A stretch of DNA of 63,232 bases, filler included, from Sluysia triapertura (taxonomy: Eukaryota): assembly GCA_046118255.1 (NCBI GenBank). It is 5 parts of 5 records of this genome, joined end to end, with 100 filler letters (N's around TTAATTAATTAA, not from the genome) between each part and the next. Parts side by side here need not be neighbours in the genome. Positions count along the whole stretch, not along the records: positions 23,258 to 36,744 come from JBJNIA010037370.1; positions 36,845 to 51,225 come from JBJNIA010261508.1; 3 more parts are not named here. One strand, given 5' to 3'. The first letter of the stretch is position 1, and each line of letters starts with the position of its first letter. This document shows, piece after piece, positions 27,301 through 39,426 of this stretch. The translations under genes were made by a program, and so were the position numbers. Below the pieces are notes generated by a model that searched no databases, was not told the DNA's origin, and saw only the letters and a list, made by a program, of their open reading frames with translations.

Positions 27301-28103
27301 CTACTTTATTAGAGATATAGGTATTTTATGATACATGTGTTTTTGTTATCTAAAGATTGATAAAAAGTTAGTAAACAAAAAACTGAGGCTAAAATAGAAA
27401 ATAATTCGCTAAAAGATTTAGACAATCACAATAAAGACACAATTATAAAAGTAGAATTAAAAAATAAAATGACTGTCAATAATTGAAATTAAAATTAACT
27501 AAAAAATGATTGCTTAAATATAAGAAATAAAACAGTTATACTGTGAAATACTTAATGACCGTGGAGGAAGATGTGATGCAAAGTAGTTGTTCTTAGCAAT
27601 CTAAACAGTGATAAGTCGACAACTAGTGAAAACAGTAAGTTCCAAGATGAACAACTCTTCTTTTTATTGACGTTCTTTTATAACTTTTATTGATAAATTT
27701 TTGTGTGTTAATATTTTTATATTGATTGAGATAGTTTCTCCCCATAAAGGGTCTCATAGTAAATAATTATAGTAAGCCTTTTTATAAAATTTCATAAGAT
27801 AAGCCACTTTATCACAATGAAAAAATGTCTCTAATAAAAGATCTTAAGACACAAAATTTGCATTACCCAGAAAATAAAGTCTTGCCAACTTCAGACATTA
27901 CCTTGTAATATATTTAATAATCTAGTTACAGACAGTAAGCTCATCTTCAATATGTACAACAATATTCTTAAATTACATATTAAATGACATGTTTTTCAAA
28001 GCATGGAAATTTCTTCTTTTAAATATTACATGCAAACATCTTATCGACCATCTTGTTATATTTAGCACTATTTATAAACCTAAACCACAAAATTAATGAT
28101 AAA

Positions 28104-28136
<33 letters not shown>

Positions 28137-28163
28137 GATAATAGTAATGAGAATAATAATGTC

Positions 28164-28206
<43 letters not shown>

Positions 28207-29160
28207 CGTTCAATCCATTACATTACTAAATTACAAAATTGTTTTCATAAAATAATAATTTTAGCAAAAAAAATAAAATTATTGTTGTTAATAATAATGC
28301 AAAATATAAAATTTATTATAAATGTAATTTTTTGATTTAAATTTTAGTTTAATTTTAAAAATATTTACATTTTATTTTCTTACTTTATAAATAATTTATT
28401 ATAAATTAAAATTTAATTTAATTATTTAAAAATCTTTTTTTGCTGATTTTTCGAAGCAAAAGAAAGAAAAAGTCTCTATTATTAAATGTGCAGCCTTAAA
28501 AGGTATGTTGATAAAGCAATGTACAATATGTTTCATGTGTCATCATATTAAATAATGTTACCCCCTCAATAACACTTCATTTCTTCATTTTTATAGTCAA
28601 CGAAATAATAAATGAAAATTATGAAAATCACAAGTATAACAATAAACAATAACTAAAAAAGATAAATAACAATGAAAATAATAATGTCCAGTCTATTGAT
28701 AGTAACATTGGTATTTATCTATAGAAATTTAAATAAATATAATAATGATAATAATAATAATAATAATGATTTAATAATAATAATAGTGATAATAATAATG
28801 ATAATAATAATGATAGTATTAATAAACATTTAAATAAAGTAGCCTGCTAGTAGTAGTAGTAGCTACTATAACTTGCAGTTTCCAGTAATATTTAAATTTT
28901 TCCAATTTATTTAGATTATTTCGCTTATTAATTATGTATAAATAGAAAGAATTATTTCATGCCAAATGATCGTTGTGATAAAATTCAAATATTTTCACAT
29001 AATAAAAAAAGTAAAAAGTTCATTCTTGTTCATATGTAGCAATTCAGATACATTTTTTATTAATTATTAAATATTGTTAGAGCTCTACTCTCATATGTTG
29101 TATTATTTTTACTGTTGTACATTTTGGAGCGACTTATTAAAATATCGACGACATTTTAAG

Positions 29161-29200
<40 letters not shown>

Positions 29201-32082
29201 CAATAAAAGTAATAATAATTATAATAGTAATATTAACAATAGTAATAATAACCATAATAATAGTAATAATAATAGAAATAATATTAATAATAATAATAAA
29301 TTAATTATTATTTTATTAGAATGATTAATTATTTTCTGAAATTAATTTTAATAAAATATTTGTCAATATAAAGAAAAAGTAATTTAGAAAACAATTAAAA
29401 CAACAAAAATAAACTAGAACAAAGTATATTATAAGAATAATATAATAAATAAAAGTTTAATGATAATGAAAATAAAAAGACAAAATATCGACAAATTAAA
29501 AAAGTACATTTATAAATTAAAAGTAATTTTTTTACAAGCTACGACAAATTAAATAAAAATAAATTCATTTCTATTGTTGATAGTGTTATTATTAATAATG
29601 ATAATGTTTATTATTATTTTGGTAATTATATAGAAAAATGTTTATATAGTATTTTAAATGATTAAAATTATTTTAAATTGAAATTTTCGAATTATAAATA
29701 AAAAATAATTATTGCATTTGAAAAATATATAAATTAAGCATAAAAAATATATTTTTGCATCTTTTAATATTTACTCTCGTTTATAATTCATTTAATATAA
29801 ATTCTTTCAATTGTGAATAGATACTAGAGACAGAAATACACAAATTTGTTTAATGATTTAATAACAAATGTTTAATAAATGAATAAGAAACTTACACATC
29901 TTTATTTTCATCATCATTTGCTACTGGAAGAAGCATTTAAAATATCTTCATAATTTATGACTTTGATAATGGAGAAATGTTATGATTATTGTAATAATAT
30001 TCAATATATATATATATACACACACACGCACACATGCAATACTTATTATACACACCAATCAAGAATGAAGAGTAATTATCTATTCAAATTTTCAAAATGT
30101 ATAAATGTCATGTTATGTCATTAGTCATATTTTCATATTTTGAATAATCTCATTATTTAATCTTATCGAAATAATTCATTAATGGGGAAAAGTTATCATT
30201 ATTGTAAAAATAGACAATCATATTTTTTTATCATAATTTTGTACAATGATAATACACGTTATACGTACGTACTTTTAATTTTGTGTAAATTCCTCTAATA
30301 GATTTTGTTATTATACACTAAGATAGCATCTATATTTAATTTGAAATTGTATATACAGTGTTTATAGTGTATTATCATTATTTTTTTATATTGTAATAAA
30401 AAGTAAACTTAAATCACTTCTAAATGTTAATCTTACGTCTTTTTCGAACTGCAAATGTTATAAACTTTGAAACAAACATGATCTAATTGCACAATATTGT
30501 CTAGAAGGAGCAATCATAATAGCTATGATTTTAATTGGATATCTATTCTAACTTTAACTTACGCTGTTTTATGTATATATTGAACTATGATCAACAAATT
30601 GTTTTGATTCCATTCTACAAAACGTTTTCGGCAATTATTTTCTTTCCATATATTATAATTTATTGATTTTTTTATGTGCTTCGATTTTGAATTATTTATT
30701 GGTTCGTATTTGTTTGTGTTTGTGTCTTACTATTCTTCTGAGTTCTACTCTATGTTTTCTGTACTCTATTTTTATTTTATATTCGACATTTATTACATTA
30801 AATTAGTTACAAAGAATAATAAGATATTTAATTTTATTTTAACCCGTTTTTAAATTATAAAATATTTTTAATTTTCATTTTAAATTATGAAATATTAATA
30901 ATAGTACTGATAATAATAATAATAATGATAATAATAATAATACTGATTATAATTAAAAATTTTATTAAAATCAATATTTTGATTAAAAAACAATAGCATT
31001 AATCTAAATTCCCCAATGACACATGCTTTAAACATAGCTTTAATTTTTAATTTACAATTTCTGCTAATTACAAAATAATAAACCATTTAAACATTAATCT
31101 TAATTAATAATAAAACTAATGTCGATATTGTAATACTACTTGAAATTCAAAATTACAACACATTAAATATTAATTAACGTTAAAGCCTTTTTTTCCGGTT
31201 CGTTATTTAATAATTATTTAATAAATAAAATAAAAGAACTATTTCTAATTATGCTGAAAATGATTATTACGATCTTTAATTATATTAATAATTATAAAAA
31301 TAATAAACAATTAATAATATTATTATAAATTTTGTTCCCTGTTTTACGTAGAAAGAAAGTAAATACCAACATACATGCATAACACAACGATTGCAGGCAT
31401 CATTTTTCATGCATTCCACACACTTATTCTTAATTTCATTTTGATTGGTCGAAATACTTATTGACAACAAGCTTTAATTCACAAATTGTTTTACTCTGAA
31501 GAATTTCTTATAGTGCTTAAATAATTTAAAATAACTCTGAGTCTAGTCCGAAATCTTAACCTTATTGGCCGAATTTAACTTAGGAAATGTTCCAACTGCA
31601 ATATCATATCGATATTCGAGGATTCGATCATTTTATGTTTATTATTTTACAATTTCAATCGGTCTTCATTATCTGTACATTTGAGATAAAACGTTATAAA
31701 ACTTTAATGACTTATATTATTCGCTTTTTTTCTCGTCAATCTTTTATCTGGCACAGTTACTGAATCTATTTAGTGATTTGATAGTTTTTAAAGTTCTTAA
31801 TTAAACTGTTTATTCCTCCTCTTTCATGATTCGATTTAACTTCTTCCAATGAAATTAAGCTATGTATATTTCATTTTATGCGGACTATTTTAACCCAAAG
31901 TGGGCGATTTTTAGACATACAAAAATAAATCGTTCAGTTTTTTATCTCTATGCTAATTTATTTATTATAAATACTTTTTCCTTAACGGTTCCCGCACCCA
32001 AGCACTTATTCGTAAAATCCGAGTTTTGCCGGCTCCCACACACTAGCGATACTATGTGCAGAATGCGTTAAAATTATTCCAT

Positions 32083-32221
32083 AATCATGTTAGAATTATG
32101 TAAAATCATGCAAGAATCATGCTAGAATCATGCTAGAATCATACAAGAATCATGCTAGAATCATGCAAGAATCATGCTAGAATCATGCTATAATCATGCT
32201 AGAATCATGCAAGAATCATGC
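32083..32221. repeat. 11-bp minisatellite (AGAATCATGCW) x ~12
   Basis: Directly visible head-to-tail tandem array with no spacers. Confidence 0.92.
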
Positions 32222-35200
32222 CTAATGAAAGTGGAATTCTTGCAGTTAGTCAACATATTGGAATGATGATCTCCAAATAATTATATTTGAATATTATCCA
32301 GCAAGTTTACAAGCAGAATCAATAATACGTATGTCGCAATTTTGAAAAAATATGATATTAAATATAATATTTAAAAAATAAAATATACAAATTATAAAAT
32401 TAATAATAAATGCACCAAATCAAAATGTAATTAATAAATAATAATTTACAAACACAGTACATGACAATGTAAATCTAATAGATGAAATATTTATCTTGAC
32501 AGAGGAAATAAATTCTTTGATAATTTTTTTCTTTCCCATTTTCATACTTAAAGAGCAAAACAAGAACAAAATTAAAAATTTTCCAATAATTTAAATAAAT
32601 GAAAAATACTAATTATGTTTATTAATTATAATTATAAATAATTAATTATGATAAAATCAATTAATTTATATGTGAATAAATATTTTAAAATGAAATTAAA
32701 CAAAGAAAATGAAAATTAATAAGAATTAAATATGTTAGAATAAATCAGTAATATTTCCACTGCATTTTTCTATAGAAAAACTGTATTAGTAGGTAGTTGA
32801 AGCAAGAATAAAATAAAATTCAATGAAATAGTAAAATATATAAATAATTTTCGTTAAAATGTTTATATGCAAAAATGTTAATCATAAATATATAATTTAC
32901 TGTAAAAGTAACATATGTTTTTTGTCATTATTATTATTATCATCATTATTATAATAATTATTATTATCATTATAATAAGTATTATTATCATTATAATAAT
33001 TATTATTATCATTATAATAATTATTATTATCATTATTGTTTATAAATATTATTATTATTATAATCATTATTATTATCGTCATTATTATTATAACTTATAA
33101 TATTTATATTATTTCTATCCTTCGTAACAACAATTTTGTGTTTAATAATAACAACAGTTGTGCAATAAGAATATAATTTCATTAACATTATAGTACTGTT
33201 AAATGTAATTAATGACGGATTGAAATTTATCGTTTTAGATGTGCATGAAAAATTGGACAGAAGTTTAGTTAACATTTTATAAGGTTCCAAAAATTATATA
33301 TTTTTTATAAAACATTGTCAAGATATAAATTAGTATATAATAAGTCTATATGTATTCTTGTAATTTTTGGCCAATGAAAAAACGAACAAACTAATATAGT
33401 GAAAAACAATGTAAATCTTAATAGTTAAAACGGCCATCTGAAGATGAAATTTAGATGTTTTACGGTATCCATAGATAGTGGATCGATTAGTTGTTCCTCG
33501 AGTTGTACTTTTGATCTTTGAAGTGCTAAAATTATGCCAGAATCATGTACTTTTCCCCATTGAACATTTAATCTTAACCTACAGCAAAAATAAATTTTAG
33601 AATTTTGTCTACACTGTACGACTCATGACGTGAAGTGGGAATACCTTTAACTAAAGTAATATTCCAAAATAGCCGACAATTAGCGTAAACATAACTGATA
33701 TCGTCTCAACTATGTAACTAAATAGTGTGACTCATTTGTGTTATTGTGCTAGTCTTCTAATTGTGACTAATATTTATACTGGTTACAGTAACCAATCGCA
33801 ATTCTAGAAAATTTTTTTAGAAAATATTTTTACATTTTCGAAAATTACCCGTATTTTTGACTTTTCGAGGTGTCCTTTCATTTAACACATTAAAACAACA
33901 GCTTTCAATAATAAAATGTTTTCAGCATTTTTTTTTAAATACATATAATTGATAGCACCTAATGTTTATTAATTTTTATCATAATTTGAATGTTTTAGTA
34001 CTTTTCAATAATTTGGATCTAAGCCATATTAAAACTGGATCAGCAACATTTGGACATTCTTTTGTTCTAACAGGGTCCGAATACGTCGTGAAGAGGGTGT
34101 TTCTGTAACTATATAACTAATAGTTTATCTAGATATAAATGTTTTGTAGTTAAGGTCTGAAGAAATTCTCAAAAGTATAATTTTCTCAAAAAACTTTAAT
34201 AATTTATTATTTAACTTTTAATAATTAAATAAACGCAAAAATAATAACTTTATTTATGAAANNNNNNNNNNNNNNNNNNNNNNNNNNNNNNNNNNNNNNN
34301 NNNNNNNNNNNNNNNNNNNNNNNNNNNNNNNNNNNNNNNNNNNNNNNNNNNNNNNNNNNNNNNNNNNNNNNNNNNNNNNNNNNNNNNNNNNNNNNNNNNN
34401 NNNNNNNNNNNNNNNNNNNNNNNNNNNNNNGATCGTCGACTGTTAAAATTAATCCATCTATAATTTTATCTCGCATTACAATTTTATAGTTGAAAGAACA
34501 AACATAATTTAAACTTGATAATATAACTTTTCCATTATCTTTACAAAATCTTTTAACTGAGCTTAATAAAATCGTACAGTTAAACTTCTTGCACTAATAT
34601 TTTGTACACCTTGCTTGTCTACTAATCTGTAAGTTTAACATCAAAAGTTATTAATTTCTTAATACGTAGTACTTTTGATTCACTTTCTGAACATTGACAA
34701 TGTCTTATGTTCAATGAAGACGTTACATAACAGATAATATGATAATCAGTATGAGTTAATAAAGTACTCATTAAATGAGGCATTAAGATCTTGATTAGAA
34801 ATTTTTTATAATGCTCATTATTGATATCAAATTTCGTTTACATAAATTTTGTTATATCTTTTAACAAAGCAGAATAGCAATTTCTTTTAGTAAATATTTC
34901 ATTCCAAAATTCAATAAATTCATCTCAATCGCATAACTATTACTAAATGAATGATCAACTAAACAAATTTCTTCAGATAAGTAATATTTCTCAATTTCGG
35001 GTTTAGTTGATTTAATGATTTGTTCAAACATAATTCGTCCAGTTAACGCAAAATTAAAATATTACAAATAACAATTGAAAATGCGAGTAGTGAAATTAAA
35101 AATGTTCATAACACCATTTTTAGAATTCGCTTTGTACTATTGTTAAGCAGACTGTATGCGATTTTGATTGGAAGTAAACGGAGCACAATGAGAACGAATA

Positions 35201-35357
35201 GCAACTGCAAAAACTAATCAAATCCCCAGTTATACCACCTCTAAGCCACTCGTGATTGGGCGTCCAATAAAATATAAGAAATTATCACATACAAATACAT
35301 CAATAATTTGAGTCTAATCGAGCTAAAACTAAAAATTAAATTGAAAAATTAATCAAC

Positions 35358-35420
35358 TGTCATCAGTTGGTAGTTGATAAGCTAGTGTACTTGATTTTTC
35401 TGTACTGTCAACTGATGACA
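35358..35420 (+). other. 17-bp stem hairpin (candidate structured RNA or tiny inverted-repeat element)
   Basis: TGTCATCAGTTGGTAGT (35358-35374) pairs with ACTGTCAACTGATGACA (35404-35420): 15 Watson-Crick plus 2 G-U pairs, 29-nt loop. Confidence 0.5.
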
Positions 35421-35486
35421 TGTTAAATGTATGTAGAATATTGATTAATTCTGAAAATAATGATTATGGTAACTAAAATGGCAATA

Positions 35487-35551
<65 letters not shown>

Positions 35552-36267
35552 TAATAATAATAATAATGGTTATAATAATAATTATTTTAATAAAATAAAT
35601 AAATAAAATAAAATAATGTATTGAAATTAAATAAGTAAAACTTTTAATTTTATGTTTAAAATGTTATTTTGATTGCAATGCCTAAATTGGTTTCACAGTG
35701 TTAATTTAATGTTTTTCGGTGATATTAGACACAGAATGTTAAAGGATTTAAATGTTTTGGATTGATTTTAAGATGTACATGCGATAGTTTAAGATTTAAA
35801 TTGTAATTCTGATGTAATGAATTTGTGAATTAAAGTGTTTTGAATGAAGGTAAAGTTAGGATGTTGACAGATTGAGACTTCAAAATGTTTTGAAAAATGG
35901 TTTTAGTGGATCTGAAAGAAATAAAATATGAAAAAGGTTTTGATGGAAAAATAGCTAAAATGTTATGTAATGTGCAATATGTTGAATTAAATTTGAAATT
36001 TTTTAAATTAATTTTTAAGTTTATGTTTGATGGCTTTCGATGTCGAATATGATTTTGATGTTGTGAAATTTTATGTTTGAAATGTTTGAAAGTATTAACA
36101 ATTATGAAAAGTTCTGAAGAGTGATTTTATTGTATATTATTGAAATAAAATTTTTAAAATTTGGGTTGGCCACCACATGACTGTTACAATACTATATATT
36201 GAAGTGTGCTTGCAGTAACTTATAATATCGATACATAAATTAATTAAACGAGTGAAATTCATTTAAA

Positions 36268-36328
<61 letters not shown>

Positions 36329-37021
36329 ATTATTTTGTGGTAATTATACCACTATTAGTGGATATATTTTAGACATAACAATAATGTTAAAAAGAATGAA
36401 TTTATTGATTTTCGTATTTTATAATTAATAAATAAATTAGTATAGCAGTTTATATTTTATTTTCAAATCTAAAGGGCACAATTGGCGAGCCTCATATGAT
36501 CACATTGTTAAATCATTCAGATTTAATAATAGATACACGTTTCGTAAAACGAGTATCAGCTGTAGACCATATTTCTCAAACAAACATACCTATAAACATG
36601 AATACAATGATTTCTACAACTGAGTCGGAAATTACCACTCCACCAAATAAAAAACATGATATTCAGAAAAGACGAAAATGTTTATATATCAATATTTCTG
36701 AAAAATTCGATGAAATCTTCATTTATTATATTTATTCATATGCCNNNNNNNNNNNNNNNNNNNNNNNNNNNNNNNNNNNNNNNNNNNNTTAATTAATTAA
36801 NNNNNNNNNNNNNNNNNNNNNNNNNNNNNNNNNNNNNNNNNNNNTAATTTTCATAATAAATTTCAACATCAACAATTCAGTATTAATAAACATAATAACC
36901 ACGTTATTGTTATCATTATTACTATTATTTATTTTGTCCTTACTATCAATCTGTCTTTCTATTTTTGTTTTTTCCCAATACTACACAATATATCTGATCC
37001 CGATTCATACCATTCATCTAA

Positions 37022-38322
37022 AAAGAAACTTGTTTACAGCCAACTGTTAATTCAAATATATTTGCTACGAATGAAGCACTTTTATCTCCAAAAAACATAG
37101 TCATCATAATTCTAACAAATGATTATCTAGAGGTGCCATTAGCAATACATTTATTTAATTCGGCTCTTTGTTTATCAAATAAATTAAATCAAAAAATTCT
37201 AATTCCAATATGCTTGCAAAAAATTGATAATCGGCCAAAATATATGACTCTGAATCAATTGATTGATTGCAGAAATAAAGTATCGAAAAATGGCGACATT
37301 AAAAATTTGGAATTTGCTGCTTGTCGATTAATTGATATTGTGATATCAGATAAATCCGAACTGAAAATAACACTAATAAAGCGACTGTGCACTATGATGT
37401 ATTTGTGTCATATTCACATAAAGATGGAAAACAAGCAGAAATTTTAATAGAATTGTCATCAAAACACATTCCAAATATAAAAATATTTTTTGATGTTCAT
37501 GAAATTAAAGCAGGATATTCCTGGCAAGAAACGTTATTTTCATCAATCGATAATTGTCAATTATTTGTCGCTCTTTCGTCAGAAAATTATCTAGTTTCTC
37601 CTGTATGTCAAGAAGAATTTTCAATTGCTCTATCTCAATTCTATTCTACAGATTTATACAAAACAGCAGTTTTACCGATGTGGATTTCTCAACTTCCTTT
37701 AAATGAAAAAATATTTTCTCAAATAAATATCAACAACTTTTTTAAAGCTTCCAAAATATTGTATCAAACTCAGCAGCAGTGCATTATCCATCATTTTTTT
37801 ACCAAATTATCGAAGTCTATATTAAACCAATTTTACAGAAGTTAAGTGTCAAACATTTGTTGAATGATAAAATATATAATATTTCCAATACTGCGACTGA
37901 AAGTAAAAAAATTTTTTGCATCGATTTGGAAGTCGGATATCGAATTTGAACCTGATAATTTTCATATAAAATCTGACGTAAAATATGTGGACAAGGTGTT
38001 ATCGAATGATGCCGTTATTATATTCAGTGCATATGAAAATAAAGCTGCAAATTATGTTAGAAATATCATAAAATTGTTAAATAATAAAATTCAAATTAAA
38101 ATGTCAGAGGTAAACGACAAAAATAATATCAATGCCATGATCTCGATAGAATCAAGTTACGTAATTATAATATTGCTTAGTCATTTGTTTGTAACGTCAG
38201 AAAATTGTATGCTTCAATTATATACAGCATTAAGTCTTCACAGAAGATACAATGAATTACATGGTACAAGACTATGTTGTGTTAAAATGGAATCTGTTTT
38301 ATTGCCACCTATGTTAAAATAG
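37022..38322 (+). pseudogene. tandem multi-TIR domain gene (at least 3 TIR units), frame-disrupted
   Basis: TIR-a, degenerate: NIVIIILTNDYLEVPLAIHLFNSAL...ILIPICL. TIR-b, canonical: HYDVFVSYSHKD...IFFDVHEIKAGYSWQETLFSSIDNCQLFVALSSENYLVSPVCQEEFSIA. TIR-c, degenerate: DAVIIFS...IESSYVIIILLSHLFVTSENCMLQLYTAL. Frameshifts are needed at ~37355-37385, ~37750-37840 and ~37865-37915. The 5' end is probably lost in gap 36745-36844. Confidence 0.8.
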
Positions 38323-38524
38323 ATAAAATTACTGAGATCCAAAACATACGGAAATTATATTTATTCACAATTTGATAACACAATATACTACAAATTAAAT
38401 AAGAATACCTATATTATTATTACCAATAATAAAAATAATAATAAATTCAAATTAAATAAATAGATAAAAAATCTATAAACCTTCAATGCAATGCTAAATA
38501 ATTATGAATAAGTGTAGTCCTGAA

Positions 38525-39426
38525 GTAAATCTTATTTTCAAAAACGTCGTATTAAAAGACCATATAATAATAAACGTAAATGTAATCAGAAAATAGATGA
38601 ATCAGAAGTTCTTTTTTATGTTTCAAAAATTCACCTTTTATATGTCAATGGTGACGTAACAGCGTTGTGTAAAAATAATGAATATGTAAATGTAGAGTGG
38701 TCTAAAATGGTTCATTTGTGCTGGAATTTATTGAGTTTAAATTTAGTAAAAGATATTGAAATTCGAATTAAAATTTATGAATTAGTTTCTTACATTTTTC
38801 ATTATTTTGTGTTATGCTTAGAATACTCTTTAGATAAATTAAAAGGGTTAAATCAAATATCATTATTTCATTTACAACATCAGTGTTTGCATGGATTAAA
38901 TTACATTTCTAAACGTTCGCATGGTGTACCAACTGAAAATATGATAAAATTATTAAATTTATTGCATCATGTTTGTGGATTTGGTTTATTTCATTTAGTA
39001 AGAGATTACGATTCACCCAGGCTAACAACAGATAATAATGAAATAACGTCTTCCAGTGTCTTAATTGATGGTACGACAACTGATTATTACAATTCTGATA
39101 CATACAATTGAGCTCAATTTGCATTAAGACCAATGACTAAGTAGGAATGTAAGACACGAAAATTAGCATTAGAATTATCAAAAATTGTTGAAAAACTAAT
39201 AAAAGTTACATATGGAAATGTGGACAAATTTTATGCCAATATCAACTTTTGGTATTTAATTAATCTATTGGAACATGAAAATGACACTTTATTAAAACAA
39301 TATATTATTCGAATTATATCAAAATTATTGAAAATTCTGGCAGATATTCTAGTGGATATACAAAAACACATGGTTTTGTTATTATTTACATTTTACTTGT
39401 TTTGTTTTTTTACTATTTCTAATTAA
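38525..39426 (+). pseudogene. helical (ARM/HEAT-like?) coding fragments downstream of the TIR locus
   Basis: Leu-rich amphipathic ORFs at 38665-39111 and 39220-39426 on the same strand, interrupted by stops or frameshifts. No diagnostic motif. Confidence 0.3.

Noticed and set aside
32083-32221. CRISPR-like array
   Set aside because: The units are contiguous 11-mers with no unique spacers, there are no cas genes, and the context is eukaryotic.
28019-33290. Poly-Ile/Asn/Leu ORFs (also 5-205, 16317-16511, 55547-55777, 59783-60070)
   Set aside because: These are translations of (AAT)n and related microsatellites.
35674-36187. Solo LTR (TG...CA)
   Set aside because: Weak terminal inversion, no TSD and no second copy.
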